From contig JAXHVK010000001.1 in assembly GCA_034211135.1 (NCBI GenBank), forward strand, positions 9,675 to 73,674: a stretch of DNA of 64,000 nucleotides. The letters run 5' to 3'. A program made the position numbers and the translations under genes. The DNA is from Pseudomonadota bacterium (GTDB lineage Bacteria > Pseudomonadota > Alphaproteobacteria > Sphingomonadales > Sphingomonadaceae). Shown in pieces: positions 10,107 through 20,885 of the stretch. Each line of letters opens with the position of its first letter. Within the stretch, counting starts at the first letter, position 1. A model generated the notes under the pieces. That model searched no databases and was not told the DNA's origin. It saw only the letters and a program-made list of their open reading frames with translations.

Positions 10107-10969
10107 GCCAATGCGAAATCCAGACCTACATCGGCTGCAGGAGCGCTTTGGGTAAGACGCCCGACCGAGCAGTAATCGACCCCGCTCGCTGCCTTGTCCG
10201 CGATCGTATCCAGATTGATCCCGCCGCTTGCCTCTGTTGCAGCGCGGCCATCAATCATGGCGACAGCGGCGCGGAGCACGTCAGGGCTCATATTATCGAG
10301 CAACAGGTGATGGGCGCCCGCTTCGAGTGCGGGCTCGATCTGGTCCAGCCGGTCCACTTCGCAGATGATCGGCTTCACACCCGCTTCGGCTGCGCGGCGA
10401 ACGGCTTCGCCAACGCTTCCGGCGACAGCGACATGGTTGTCCTTGATCATCGCGGCATCCCACAGGCCCATCCGGTGGTTCTGCGCGCCGCCCTGTTTGG
10501 TCGCGTATTTCTCCAGCGCGCGCAGGCCTGGAAGAGTCTTGCGCGTATCAAGCAGAGTGCAGGTCGCACTGCCGACCCGCATGGCGGCGACGTAATCGCG
10601 GGTCATCGTGGCGATGCCGGAGAGGTGCTGGACGATGTTCAGCGCGCTGCGCTCCGCTGTAAGGAGTGCACGGGCATTGCCTTTCAACCGCATCAAATCG
10701 GTGCCGGGCGCGGCGCTATCGCCGTCGGCAATCAGCGTTTCGATCTCGACATCGGGATCCAGAGCGCGGAAAAACGCCTCTGCCAGCGGTAGGCCAGCGA
10801 CAATGATCGCGTCGCGGCTGTCCATTACCCCTGAAAACCGTGCATCCGCCGGAATAACGCTTTCAGAGGTGACATCCTTGCCGCCGCCCTCAAGCCCTGA
10901 GCCGAGGTCTTCGGCGAGCGTATCGCGGATGAAAGTGTCGAGGTCGAAGCCGGGCAGGGTAAAGGTCAT
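10103..10969 (-). CDS. nadC: Nicotinate-nucleotide diphosphorylase (carboxylating)
   Basis: ERSALN, DTRKTLPGLR, MIKDNH, LLDN and EASGG motifs. Confidence 0.96.
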   Translation of the reverse strand: MTFTLPGFDLDTFIRDTLAEDLGSGLEGGGKDVTSESVIPADARFSGVMDSRDAIIVAGLPLAEAFFRALDPDVEIETLIADGDSAAPGTDLMRLKGNARALLTAERSALNIVQHLSGIATMTRDYVAAMRVGSATCTLLDTRKTLPGLRALEKYATKQGGAQNHRMGLWDAAMIKDNHVAVAGSVGEAVRRAAEAGVKPIICEVDRLDQIEPALEAGAHHLLLDNMSPDVLRAAVAMIDGRAATEASGGINLDTIADKAASGVDYCSVGRLTQSAPAADVGLDFALA

Positions 10970-11080
10970 GCGCTACCCATATACGGACCGGCATTGTCTG
11001 CAAGCGCCACTGCGTGTCGGCGGTGATTGCTGCGCGTCTGGCGGGGTGCAAGGGCGCGTTATATGCCCTTGTGGACCCGA

Positions 11081-11887
11081 TCAGTGTACGAAACGGGCGA
11101 CGACATCGCGGTAAGACCGCGAGACTTTCACTTCCTGACCGCTATCAAGTACAAGGAAGCATTCACCATTGGTGTGCGGTTTCACCTGCCGCACCTGATC
11201 AAGATTGACGATGGTTGAGCGGTGCACGCGCTGGAACTTGCGCGGATCAAGGCGCCGTTCGAGGTCCTTCATCGTCTCTCGCAAAATCAGTGAGTTATCG
11301 GCGGTGCGGATACACATATAGTCGCCTGCAGCCTCGATATGTTCGATGGAGTCGACCTCAACGCGGAAGATCTGGCCGCGATCCTTCACATTGATCAGCT
11401 TTTCAAAGCGATCCGCACTGTCGCCCGTCTCGCCTTCGCTATCGCTGAATTCCGCTGCCCGGTCCGGCGCGACTTCTTCGAGCACTTCAAGCAACTGCTC
11501 GGCATCTTCGGTGGATTTCTTTTCCGCCAGACGCTGGCGCACGCGCTCAATCGTGTCAGCCAGCTTGTCTTCATCGACCGGCTTCATGAGATAATTCACG
11601 GCATTGGCTTCGAAAGCACGGATGGCGTGCTCTTCATAAGCAGTGACGAACACGAACAGGGGCGGTTCGATTTCCATCACGCCCTTGACCACGCTAAACC
11701 CGTCAAAACCGGGCATCTGGATGTCGAGAAAGACGAGATCAGGCTTGGCCGTCTTGATCTTGCGGATTGCTTCTCGCCCATTGGAGCATGTGTCGATCAC
11801 TTCGATGTCGTCAAACGGCTGCAGACGCAGTTGAAGACCTTGGATAGCGAGTTTTTCGTCGTCGACGAGGATTGTGCGGATGGTCAT
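11081..11887 (-). CDS. LytTR family response regulator
   Basis: Receiver domain (VDDE, FLDIQMP, FVTAY) plus LytTR domain (FQRVHRSTIVN). Confidence 0.92.
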   Translation of the reverse strand: MTIRTILVDDEKLAIQGLQLRLQPFDDIEVIDTCSNGREAIRKIKTAKPDLVFLDIQMPGFDGFSVVKGVMEIEPPLFVFVTAYEEHAIRAFEANAVNYLMKPVDEDKLADTIERVRQRLAEKKSTEDAEQLLEVLEEVAPDRAAEFSDSEGETGDSADRFEKLINVKDRGQIFRVEVDSIEHIEAAGDYMCIRTADNSLILRETMKDLERRLDPRKFQRVHRSTIVNLDQVRQVKPHTNGECFLVLDSGQEVKVSRSYRDVVARFVH

Positions 11888-11891
11888 GGCT

Positions 11892-13124
11892 TTATGATCC
11901 GATTGCGGTCTGGGGTTTGTATCGTTGTGCGTCCGGTTGCCCGCTTGATGCGGCAGCTGGAGCGTGTTCGGGGATTTCACTGTCTTGCGAAGCGATTTGT
12001 GAACGCCCGCTGACAGGTTCGGCGAGTGGAGTATCCTGCATGGCCGAAATGAACGGAATCTCGATCAGGACGGTAAATCCGCCGCCGGGTTCCGAACGGG
12101 TCTCAAACAGATGGCTATCGCCATAGGCCTGTACAAGGCGGTTGCGAATATTGGCGAGGCCAACTCCTGTCGATGTCGTATTCGACGCAGGCTGCGTACC
12201 AAGGTCTGCGCCGGGGCCAGTGTCTTCCACACTTAACCGCAGGCGTTCACCGATTACGCGAGCCGTGAGCGAGATGCGCGCGCCCTCTTCACGAGCGCCC
12301 ACGGCATACTTAATCGCATTCTCGATAAGGGGTTGCAGCAGCATTGAGGGGAGCTGCGCATCGCGGGCCAGATCATCAATTTCGAAATGTGTGCGCAAGC
12401 GCTCTTCAAACCGCATCCGTTCGATATCCAGATACAGGCCGAGCGTTTCGATTTCCTGCTCCAGCGTCACCTGACTGCCCGGTTCCGCGATCAGAGTATG
12501 ACGCAAAAAGCCCGAAAGCCGCGTCAGCATGGCATTGGCCTGTTCAGCCTGTTTCAAAAGGACGAGAGTGCTGATCGAATTGAGTGTGTTGAACAAAAAA
12601 TGCGGGTTCAGCTGATAACGCAGCATGGCCAGCTGTGCTGCGGTGGCCTGCGCCTCGAGCCTTTCAAGCCGGTCTGCCTGCCGTTCAACGGTCAGGAAGT
12701 AATTGATGGCGAAATACAGCGCGCTCCAACCGCCCAGAAGGGTCAGCGGGATGAAGCTGAGACCGATGAACCGCTGGGCAAAGGTGGTGGCGCGCAGTTC
12801 GCCATAATAAATCCCCTGCACCCACGCATCGATCGAAGCGTAGATCGCGACAGCCGCCACCAGAACAATGGCCGCCCCGCCCCATGTAACATAGGGTTTA
12901 CGACCGATCAGCTGGCGGTAAACCACTGACAGGATGAGGCTGATCGAAAAGCCCGTGATGGTCGTCACCATAATGACGGCCAGCAGATCAAGCGGGTTGC
13001 CGTTTGCCAGCGCAATCACAGTGCGCAGCAGGAATGCGCCACCCCAGCCCGCCAGCTGGAGGTTCCAGAACGCACGGTTCTTGCTGGTAAAGAACGGCGT
13101 TGGTTGACCCTGTAACATCGACAT
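11892..13124 (-). CDS. LytS/YehU-type sensor histidine kinase
   Basis: N-terminal transmembrane helices, QLNPHFLFNTLNSI H-box, ENAIKY and DTGPG. Confidence 0.9.
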   Translation of the reverse strand: MSMLQGQPTPFFTSKNRAFWNLQLAGWGGAFLLRTVIALANGNPLDLLAVIMVTTITGFSISLILSVVYRQLIGRKPYVTWGGAAIVLVAAVAIYASIDAWVQGIYYGELRATTFAQRFIGLSFIPLTLLGGWSALYFAINYFLTVERQADRLERLEAQATAAQLAMLRYQLNPHFLFNTLNSISTLVLLKQAEQANAMLTRLSGFLRHTLIAEPGSQVTLEQEIETLGLYLDIERMRFEERLRTHFEIDDLARDAQLPSMLLQPLIENAIKYAVGAREEGARISLTARVIGERLRLSVEDTGPGADLGTQPASNTTSTGVGLANIRNRLVQAYGDSHLFETRSEPGGGFTVLIEIPFISAMQDTPLAEPVSGRSQIASQDSEIPEHAPAAASSGQPDAQRYKPQTAIGS

Positions 13125-13253
13125 TTCCCGAACCATGTAGCCCATTTTTGGGCCTTTCGCAGGCAAATTTGCAGAGCGTCAGCGGTGAGCTATCGCAATT
13201 GGGCGCTTGAAAAGGGCTTTCGGGCGCAGTTGCTATTTGACCAATGCCAATTC

Positions 13254-14279
13254 TCAGCGGTTTTTCGCCAGCCCTCCGGCAGGGTTGATTTCTCGCCGGA
13301 AATGCGTCTTCCAGTCCGCTTTGCCCTCATTCGCCATCATCTTTTCAACGATTGCCGCTTCGGCTGCGATATGTTCGGCGCGTTCATCCCATCCTTCATA
13401 GGCGAAGCTGCGGGTCAGGAAGCTGCGGCCATGCTTTTTGCCCCAGCGCTCCATAAAGCGAATAGCTGCGCGCGGGTCGTAACCGGCATTGGCGAGCAGC
13501 CAGGGCATCAGACGGTCCGCTTCCCGCTCCGTCGCGCGCACATGTTTGCGTTTGCGCTTGTTGCGGTCCAGCCAAACCGTGTGGCCGAGCACAGTATGCG
13601 CCATTTCGTGGGCGACCACTCCGGCGAATTCGTCTTCCTCGGCCCAATTGAATGACGGAAACTCATCGCCAATCGCTACCCTTTCGGTATTGCTGACAGC
13701 GCGGCTGGTGCCTGACATCAGTTCAAACCGGACATCGCAGATCGGCACGCCGTTGAGGATTTTAACCTCGCCGTCTCCGAACTGGACGGCAATCGATCCG
13801 CTTTGCTCAAGCTCGCTGGTGATGTGTTTCTGAGTGCGCACCCAACGTTGCCAGTCGAGCTTGTCTTTCGCAGGCCATGTGCTGGGGTCTTGGCCGCCAA
13901 GCCGGGCGATTTCGCGGTTGCGGGCGAAGGCATAGCCCATCGCTGCGGGAGAGCCTTTGGCCACCGATTGGACCGCAAACGCCCCGTCCAGTCGTAACGC
14001 TGCCTTGGCAATGGCAGGGCGCGTGAAGCTTGCCACATCCTGCACCTGCAATCCGATTGATGGAATGACCTTCTGACAGAATGGGGCGTTGGCGCTGGCC
14101 AGTCGCCAGCCGACGTCCTGCAACCTCTGGTCGGTATTCTGAAAGGCTTCGATTGCGGCAATAGTGGCGGAATAATCGACCCGCGGTGGGGCCGCATTGG
14201 CTGGCATTGCGGCGGTGAACCCCAGCCCCGCACTTGTCAGCCCCGCACCCACCAGAAAGGTCAAAAGCCGCCGGCGCAT
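13254..14279 (-). CDS. PDZ-like domain / M48-type metallopeptidase
   Basis: Signal peptide, HEMAH zinc motif, E-x-E-A-D and AGYDP. Confidence 0.65.
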   Translation of the reverse strand: MRRRLLTFLVGAGLTSAGLGFTAAMPANAAPPRVDYSATIAAIEAFQNTDQRLQDVGWRLASANAPFCQKVIPSIGLQVQDVASFTRPAIAKAALRLDGAFAVQSVAKGSPAAMGYAFARNREIARLGGQDPSTWPAKDKLDWQRWVRTQKHITSELEQSGSIAVQFGDGEVKILNGVPICDVRFELMSGTSRAVSNTERVAIGDEFPSFNWAEEDEFAGVVAHEMAHTVLGHTVWLDRNKRKRKHVRATEREADRLMPWLLANAGYDPRAAIRFMERWGKKHGRSFLTRSFAYEGWDERAEHIAAEAAIVEKMMANEGKADWKTHFRREINPAGGLAKNR

Positions 14280-14283
14280 CTGT

Positions 14284-15033
14284 TCAGCCTTCGGCGTTGG
14301 TGCCTGCCCGCGGACCAGCTTCTTCCAGCGCTTTTTTCAGGCCTTCGTAACCCACGGCACCGCCAACGGCCTTGTCACCAGTCACCCATGCGGGCGTGCC
14401 GGTGAAACCGATTGCCCGGGCCAGCGCCTGATTGCGAGCCAGTTCGGTCGTGACCGGATCACTCACCGCGTCAATCTTGGCGCGCTCCAGATCGAGCCCT
14501 GCGGCAACTGCAGCGGCCTCGACACTTTCCAGTGTCGCCGGACCCATTTCGAACATGCGTTCGTGAAAAGCGCGATATTTCCCCTGCATGGCAGCAGCCA
14601 GAGCCATACGTGATGCGATGTCGCTGCCTTCAAAGATCGGCCATTCGCGGACAATCACCTTAAGATCAGGGTCCTCTGCAACCAGGCGCGTCACATCCCT
14701 TAGGCTGGCTTCGCAATAGGGGCAGTTGTAATCGGTGAATTCTACCAGAACTTTTGAACCATTCGGGTTCCCGATAAACGCGCCGGGGAAGGTTTCGTAA
14801 ACTCCGTCACCTGCCTGTGCGAGCCGTTCCGAAGCTTCACGCGCCTGCAACTCCTCCGCCATCATGGGGAGCATTTCGGGATTTTCCATCAGGAATGCTT
14901 TGGTCCGGTTGTCAGCCAATCCCGAAAGGGACCAGATGCCCGCCCCCAGAAAGCCGAACACCAACGCCAGAAGCGCGGTTAGCAGAGCGGAGCGTGTGGA
15001 AGGGGCTTCTTTCGAGGGATCAGACTTGGACAT
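14284..15033 (-). CDS. DsbA family thioredoxin-fold protein
   Basis: FTDYNCPYC (CxxC) and GTP cis-proline motif; N-terminal membrane anchor. Confidence 0.88.
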   Translation of the reverse strand: MSKSDPSKEAPSTRSALLTALLALVFGFLGAGIWSLSGLADNRTKAFLMENPEMLPMMAEELQAREASERLAQAGDGVYETFPGAFIGNPNGSKVLVEFTDYNCPYCEASLRDVTRLVAEDPDLKVIVREWPIFEGSDIASRMALAAAMQGKYRAFHERMFEMGPATLESVEAAAVAAGLDLERAKIDAVSDPVTTELARNQALARAIGFTGTPAWVTGDKAVGGAVGYEGLKKALEEAGPRAGTNAEG

Positions 15034-15107
15034 GATGGATACTCGTTAGCCCGCGTCGCTATCCAGCGCCATAGTGAGCGAGCCGATTTGATGGACTTGG
15101 GTGCAAA

Positions 15108-16499
15108 TTACCGGTCGCGCAGCCGTTCAAGCTCTGCCCGCGCTTGCAGTGCAATATCCTGAGCACGGATCCAGTCCGGCGTTCCTCTCTCAAGGCCAGC
15201 CTCCGCCGCCTGTGCATTGCGCAGGGCCGACGGGTAGCTTCGGCTCATCACCTGCTGTTCTGCACTTGCGAGGCGCGCGCGCGCGATATCGCCCTGCGCG
15301 GCATAAACAACGCCAAGCTGATACCATGCAAACGGATTTAGCCTGTCGCGACCCACCGCTGCGCGCAGGACCTGCTCTGCCTCTTCAAAGTTTGCTTCGT
15401 CCTCCGTCGCGATCAGCGCATGGCCGAACATGGACGCGATCAGCGGGTGGTTGCGCGTGATCAGCGTCGCTCGCCGCAACGGCACAAGCGCATCTACCGG
15501 CCTGCCGGATTCCAGCAGCACTTGCCCCTTCAATTCAAGGTAATAGGGGTTGTCCGGATCGCGCGCGAGTAGGCTGTCCGATTCCGCCAGCGCTTTCTCT
15601 ATCTGCGCGTCTTTGTGATAGGCATAGGCCCGCGCATAGGTTGCAGACAGGCTGGTATCCGTCGCCGGGTAGAGCGAGAAAGTGCGCTGCGGTTCCGCAA
15701 TATACCCGTACAGCTTTGCGCGAACCCGCTCAAAGCGGGCTTGCAGCTCGCCATCGTCTGGTTTGGACCATGCCGGATCGCTTTGCAGCAATTCGCGCAG
15801 GGTAACGATACGATCGCCGGAAAGCGGGTGGGTTCTGCCATAGGCCGCCTCATCCGCTTGACTGTACCCGCGCCGGATCTCAAAACTGCGCAGGCGTTCG
15901 AAGAACTTGATCATGCCGCGCCCCGAAATCCCGGCACCTGACAAGTAACGGGCGCCTGCAAGATCCGTCGAGGCTTCCTGATTGCGGTTGAAGCTGAGGA
16001 AATTGTTCACGCCCGCTTGCAAGCCCAGCCCCAGAGCGCCGAAGGCTGCTTCTGGCGGTGCACCCGCAAGCGCTGCGCCAACAGCGCCAAGCAGGGATAG
16101 CAATAGCGGCGCCTGCATTCCGGCAGTCCGCTCTTCAAACCGAATTACGTGACCGGCTGTAATATGGCCAAGTTCGTGAGCCAGCACGCCCTGGACTTCA
16201 TTTGCCGTTTCAGCCGCGTTGATCAGTCCTGTATGGATGTAGATGACCTGCCCGCCAGCGACGAAGGCGTTGATCGAGTTGTTGTTGATCAGGACGATCT
16301 CGACATTGCCGGGTTCGAGTTCGCTTGCCTCAACCAGAGGGTTGAGCATGTCCAGCAGCAGTTCTTCCGTCTCGGCGTCTCTGATCGGAGAAAGGCTCTG
16401 CGCCTGTGCTGCCGTTGACGTGAGTGTCAGAGACAGCGCGACAAGCAGCGAGACGGCATAGGCGGATAAGGTGCGGAGGAAGCGCATAGGTGATGCCAT
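15108..16499 (-). CDS. M48 family metalloprotease with TPR-like C-terminus (BepA-like)
   Basis: INAF, HELGH, QEASTD and THP motifs; start is ATG 16499 or 16487. Confidence 0.85.
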   Translation of the reverse strand: MASPMRFLRTLSAYAVSLLVALSLTLTSTAAQAQSLSPIRDAETEELLLDMLNPLVEASELEPGNVEIVLINNNSINAFVAGGQVIYIHTGLINAAETANEVQGVLAHELGHITAGHVIRFEERTAGMQAPLLLSLLGAVGAALAGAPPEAAFGALGLGLQAGVNNFLSFNRNQEASTDLAGARYLSGAGISGRGMIKFFERLRSFEIRRGYSQADEAAYGRTHPLSGDRIVTLRELLQSDPAWSKPDDGELQARFERVRAKLYGYIAEPQRTFSLYPATDTSLSATYARAYAYHKDAQIEKALAESDSLLARDPDNPYYLELKGQVLLESGRPVDALVPLRRATLITRNHPLIASMFGHALIATEDEANFEEAEQVLRAAVGRDRLNPFAWYQLGVVYAAQGDIARARLASAEQQVMSRSYPSALRNAQAAEAGLERGTPDWIRAQDIALQARAELERLRDR

Positions 16500-16530
16500 A
16501 GCGCGGTTGGGCCTGAACCGGAACTGAAAG

Positions 16531-17478
16531 CTATTGTACTTCGCTCGCCTGCGCCGTTTCGTTCTGTTTGGCCGGTTTGGCATTGCGAGCGAAATCGGCA
16601 ATGGTTTCCACGATATCGCGATTGCCGCGCCAAGGGGCTGCGATTGAAATGAGCGGATCATTATGCGTCATTTCGGGGTAGGTTTTCAGCGTCGCAGCGC
16701 CGCCTGCTTCGTTGATTGCTGCAGCAAGCTTTTGCGAGTTGTGCACCCCGACAAGCGCGTCTTTCTCTCCGTGGATCAACAACATGGGCGGCGCATCGGC
16801 GCGGATATGGTTCAGCGGCTGGGTCGCTTCATCTGCGTCTGACGGGCCAAACGCGGCTTTGGTCGAATCGCTATCATAAGGGAAGAAATCATACGGGCCG
16901 GACAGGCCGATCACACCGGCAATGGCGTTCGCATCCTTGCCTAGCCGACCGAGCCACTGATGCTCCAGCGCCGTCATCACGACATTATAAGCGCCCGCAG
17001 AATGTCCGGCTATCGTGATGCGCGACGGATCGCCTCCATATTGTTCGATGTCGTCCCGGACAATCGCAATGGCTTGGGCGGTATCTTCGAGCATGGCGGG
17101 ATAGACCCCGTCAGGCGTACCGTCTTTGACAAGACGATAGCCGACCAGGGCGACGACGAACCCTTCTGGCACAAATGCGCGACTAATAAATCCATAATCA
17201 ATCGGGTCGCCTGATCGCCAACTGCCACCATGAACAAAAACGAGCACAGGCAAGGGCGGATCATTCGGATTGCGGTCTTCAGGCCCCCAGATGATCAGTT
17301 TTTCAGACGGGTGCTCCCCTGTCGAAATCGTTGCGCGCAAGGCGGCCCCGCCAGAACCTCCGGTGAGCCTATCTACGCCGCTCAAAACAGCAGGCCCGTT
17401 GCGTGATATCGCGATTTGCAGCGCGATGCCGCCGACAATCAGGATGAGGACAAGTGCGCCCAGCGCCCAAAGAAACAT
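16531..17478 (-). CDS. Alpha/beta hydrolase (carboxylesterase-like)
   Basis: HGGSW oxyanion motif, GHSAG nucleophile, HGEKD and a C-terminal His. Confidence 0.88.
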   Translation of the reverse strand: MFLWALGALVLILIVGGIALQIAISRNGPAVLSGVDRLTGGSGGAALRATISTGEHPSEKLIIWGPEDRNPNDPPLPVLVFVHGGSWRSGDPIDYGFISRAFVPEGFVVALVGYRLVKDGTPDGVYPAMLEDTAQAIAIVRDDIEQYGGDPSRITIAGHSAGAYNVVMTALEHQWLGRLGKDANAIAGVIGLSGPYDFFPYDSDSTKAAFGPSDADEATQPLNHIRADAPPMLLIHGEKDALVGVHNSQKLAAAINEAGGAATLKTYPEMTHNDPLISIAAPWRGNRDIVETIADFARNAKPAKQNETAQASEVQ

Positions 17479-17586
17479 TCGCAAAACCAGCCTCGCAGAT
17501 CGCACTCATCACCGCCAGACGGCGGCCCTCGCTGCGGTCTAGCGGGAGTGTAGCGCGGCGTACAGGCGGTTATGCCGCGCTTGGGC

Positions 17587-19407
17587 TTAGCCCACCAGCT
17601 TGCGCGCGGCACGCTCGATAAGGCTAACGTCTTCTTCGATCTCGCCCAGAACATCGACATTGCCCGAATCGTCACGGCGCACCATGACGAGAGCAAATTC
17701 GGGGCCGGCAGCCTCGATTGCCTCGAACGTCAGAGCTTCGAGTTCGCGCAGCTTTTCAGCAAGCGCAGCCCGGATTGCATCTTCTGGTTCGACTTCCTTG
17801 CCGGCTTCTTCGCGACGCAGACGGCGTTCGGCGTTCACCACACCTTTAAGACCACCTTCGGCTTGCGAAAGAAATTCGGTCAAAGTGCCACGGGCCAGCT
17901 CCAGACGATGCGCATGGTTCAGGACTGCGGCATATTCGGTCAGGCGCGTCTTGTCATATTCGCTGCCGAAAACCAGCTTCACAACCGGAGTCATGGGTGC
18001 GCGATCCTGAACAGTCAGGCCGCTTTCCTTGATCAGCGCGTCAAATTCCGCTGGCTCTTCCTTGGCAGCAAGCGATACGTCATAGGCGCGGCCCACTGCG
18101 GCATAGAGTGCATGACGGCTGCGGTCTTCCGACGCGCGCGCGTTATGGGCAAGCTCCCGTGCGGATGCCAGGCAATCGTGCAGACTTGCATCAGCAGCGA
18201 GATTTAACTCCGGCGTTTCTTCGCTGGCAGTCAGGTTCTCGACGGTTTCGTCCGCACCTGGGCCATCGGCGAAGGCATTGACCTGTTGCTCCGTAGCAAA
18301 AGCAGAGCTGGCGGGGGTGATTTCCTGCTCGGCGCTGTCATCGAAAGACTCTACCGGATCGACCAGTTCATAGCTTTCGGGAATCGGCGGAGTGTTGACC
18401 TCTTCCGGCACGGCGTAGTCGGAAGGATCGAACTTGTCCGCGTCCAGATCTACGGCTTTCTTGGTCGGTGCCTCAATATAGTCGGACAGGCTGGCGAAGC
18501 TGTAGGAGCCCGCGTCATCCTCATCTTCGTCTTCGTACTCATCCTCTTCATCATCGAGGTTGTACTGGCCGAAGTCAGGCATCGGCAGATCATCATGCGC
18601 TGTTTCGGGTTCGTCAAAAACAGGACCGCCAATGTCCGAAACGTTAGTATCGTTTGCGGGCGCCGGATCTCCAGCGGCAAACTCCTCGCCTGCTTCGTGA
18701 CCGGGCGAATCTGCCCAGTCGGTGACGGGATCAGCGTGATGCCGATGCGCTTCCGCTTCGACTTCTTCCTCGTCCTGCCCATCTTCGCCAGAATCGAGCG
18801 CCTGGTCAATTTCGAGCAGAAGTTCGTCAGCGGTTTCCTGATCCGCCATCTCTTTCCAGTTGATCACGCCGTAGATGAAATCGATCGTTTCATCATCACT
18901 GGAAAACGGCAGCAAGATTCCGCGGTAGAGGATTGATGCCCCGCGCTGGTTCATGAACTCGGCTTCGAAACCTATGGGGGCCTCATTGGCCATGATCTGA
19001 AGGTAGTGATCGGTGATGCGGCTGAGCAAAGAGCGTGGCGGCACATCCGACAGGCGCTGGATCAAATGATCTTCTGCACCGCATTCTTCAGCGAGCTTGA
19101 AGCCCAGATACTGAACAACAGGGTCCTCAATACCGGCAGAGAAATCGAGCAGCACAGAATGTGGCCCGAAATCAGGCAATTCGTGCGGTTCGAGGTCTTC
19201 GATAGAAGGGAAAGTGCGCTCGCCAAGCAGGCTGGCCCAGTGATTATAGGCGCGCACCTGCATTCGGCGTTCGTCCTGGCCGATGGCTTCGGGCGGTAGC
19301 TCGCGCGAAGTTTCTTCGGATGTGGCACTGTCCCAATCGTGCCCCTCGTCGAAATCAAGACGATCGGCGGCTTCGTTGGATTCAAAAGTGCCCCGCAGCG
19401 TGTCCAT
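17587..19407 (-). CDS. PAS-like domain protein with long acidic linker
   Basis: N-terminal region resembles PAS_5/DUF1457 (YRGILLPF); central D/E-rich stretch; helical C-terminal domain. Confidence 0.65.
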   Translation of the reverse strand: MDTLRGTFESNEAADRLDFDEGHDWDSATSEETSRELPPEAIGQDERRMQVRAYNHWASLLGERTFPSIEDLEPHELPDFGPHSVLLDFSAGIEDPVVQYLGFKLAEECGAEDHLIQRLSDVPPRSLLSRITDHYLQIMANEAPIGFEAEFMNQRGASILYRGILLPFSSDDETIDFIYGVINWKEMADQETADELLLEIDQALDSGEDGQDEEEVEAEAHRHHADPVTDWADSPGHEAGEEFAAGDPAPANDTNVSDIGGPVFDEPETAHDDLPMPDFGQYNLDDEEDEYEDEDEDDAGSYSFASLSDYIEAPTKKAVDLDADKFDPSDYAVPEEVNTPPIPESYELVDPVESFDDSAEQEITPASSAFATEQQVNAFADGPGADETVENLTASEETPELNLAADASLHDCLASARELAHNARASEDRSRHALYAAVGRAYDVSLAAKEEPAEFDALIKESGLTVQDRAPMTPVVKLVFGSEYDKTRLTEYAAVLNHAHRLELARGTLTEFLSQAEGGLKGVVNAERRLRREEAGKEVEPEDAIRAALAEKLRELEALTFEAIEAAGPEFALVMVRRDDSGNVDVLGEIEEDVSLIERAARKLVG

Positions 19408-19555
19408 GGCCTAAAATGCCCCTTATTGACGTGTTCGGGGCCAGTTTTCGCGTTACGTGGTAAACATCGCGTTAAGTTGCGCCGAAAATTCGTGCGACTT
19501 GTAAAGTTATGTGCAGCGGCGGCTCGGGCCCGGCAAATACCTCATAAAAAAGCGC

Positions 19556-19993
19556 TTAGAGGAAATAGCGCATTTTGATCGTCATGCTTTGTTTGCCCTC
19601 CGAGTGATTGAACACAGCATCTTCGAACTTGGGCGGGCCCATCCGAACCTTTGCATCCCGCGAGAACCCGAAACCTTCTTTCGGCATCATGCCCAAAGCA
19701 CGATTGGCCTTGCCATCATTGTTCTCATCATGAAGCAGGGCGATCGCGTATTCGCCGGGTTTCACTCCGGTGAAACGGATGACAACTTTGTCTCCGGCCG
19801 GAACGACAGTACGATGCGCTGAGGGATCCTTGCGGCATTTGGGAAAGACGGTTTCCTTGGTTGTCATGCATGCACGAACCACGCCCTTGGTCGAACGGAC
19901 ATCGGTGATGGTGATGACGACTTCACTGGCCGCAGCCGGTGCCCCGCTGACGAAGACTGCGGCCACAGTGCCGAATATCCCTAAACGCATCAT
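19556..19993 (-). CDS. DUF2141 domain protein
   Basis: PGEYAIALLHDENNDG and PKEGFGFSRDA; signal peptide. Confidence 0.85.
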   Translation of the reverse strand: MMRLGIFGTVAAVFVSGAPAAASEVVITITDVRSTKGVVRACMTTKETVFPKCRKDPSAHRTVVPAGDKVVIRFTGVKPGEYAIALLHDENNDGKANRALGMMPKEGFGFSRDAKVRMGPPKFEDAVFNHSEGKQSMTIKMRYFL

Positions 19994-20775
19994 GCTTTTG
20001 CTCCCTTAGCGAGGCGGCGATGCGCCTCTGCGTCCTCCACGATGCGGTCTGAAAAGCCGTGATCTGTCCCGCAAAGTCGATCCCAAAAGCGGAAATAGAG
20101 GCCATAATTGCACCGATACGCTTCATGGTGCCGCTCGTGATGGCTGGCTGTTATCACCCATTTCCCCAACGGGGAGTGAACGAACCAGCGCGGAAACACT
20201 TCCCAGCCCATATGGTTGGTCACGCCCATGACTGTAGCGATTGTCAGCACGACTGCGATCATTGCGATGTGAATGGGTACTAAAAACACCAGAACCGGCA
20301 ATACAACCGCGCCGCTGAGTGATTCAACCGGATGAAAACTCATCGCTGTCCACGCAGTGGGCGGTTTGCTTTGATGATGCACTGCATGCGCGATCCGGAA
20401 AAGGCGCGGCTGATGCATTGCGCGATGGGTCCAGTAAAACCAGCCATCCTGAACAGCCAGGTAGATGACCACAGAAAGCGGGGCATACCAGATTGGGTAC
20501 GCCCCGAAATCGGAATAGATCTGCGTCCAGCCATGATGGTTCCAGCCCCAGATGATGAGGCCTGTCGGGGCACCGTAGATAAAAGCCGCGATCAGGGACC
20601 AACGCACTTCCCGAAAGATCTGCTTGCCCAATCCTTCATAAAGGCCGGGCCGGAAACGTGCGGTTGCAAAGGCAAATGCACCGCTCGAAATCCCATAACG
20701 CAAAGCGACCATTACAGTCATCGCCAGACCCGCAATTATCGCGGCCAGCCAGATGGGCGTATCGCCCGGTATCAT
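19990..20775 (-). CDS. Sterol desaturase / fatty acid hydroxylase family protein
   Basis: His boxes HRAMH, HAVHH and HHERHH; NYG...FWDRLCGT. Confidence 0.88.
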   Translation of the reverse strand: MIPGDTPIWLAAIIAGLAMTVMVALRYGISSGAFAFATARFRPGLYEGLGKQIFREVRWSLIAAFIYGAPTGLIIWGWNHHGWTQIYSDFGAYPIWYAPLSVVIYLAVQDGWFYWTHRAMHQPRLFRIAHAVHHQSKPPTAWTAMSFHPVESLSGAVVLPVLVFLVPIHIAMIAVVLTIATVMGVTNHMGWEVFPRWFVHSPLGKWVITASHHERHHEAYRCNYGLYFRFWDRLCGTDHGFSDRIVEDAEAHRRLAKGAKA

Positions 20776-20885
20776 CGATCTAATCCCTCCACACCTCCAG
20801 CTTATGAGGCGAAAGCGGGTCAAATGACACGAAAAAAGCAAACACCGCGTGCTTTGCCTGACGCTTGGCATTCACGGCGATGTGG

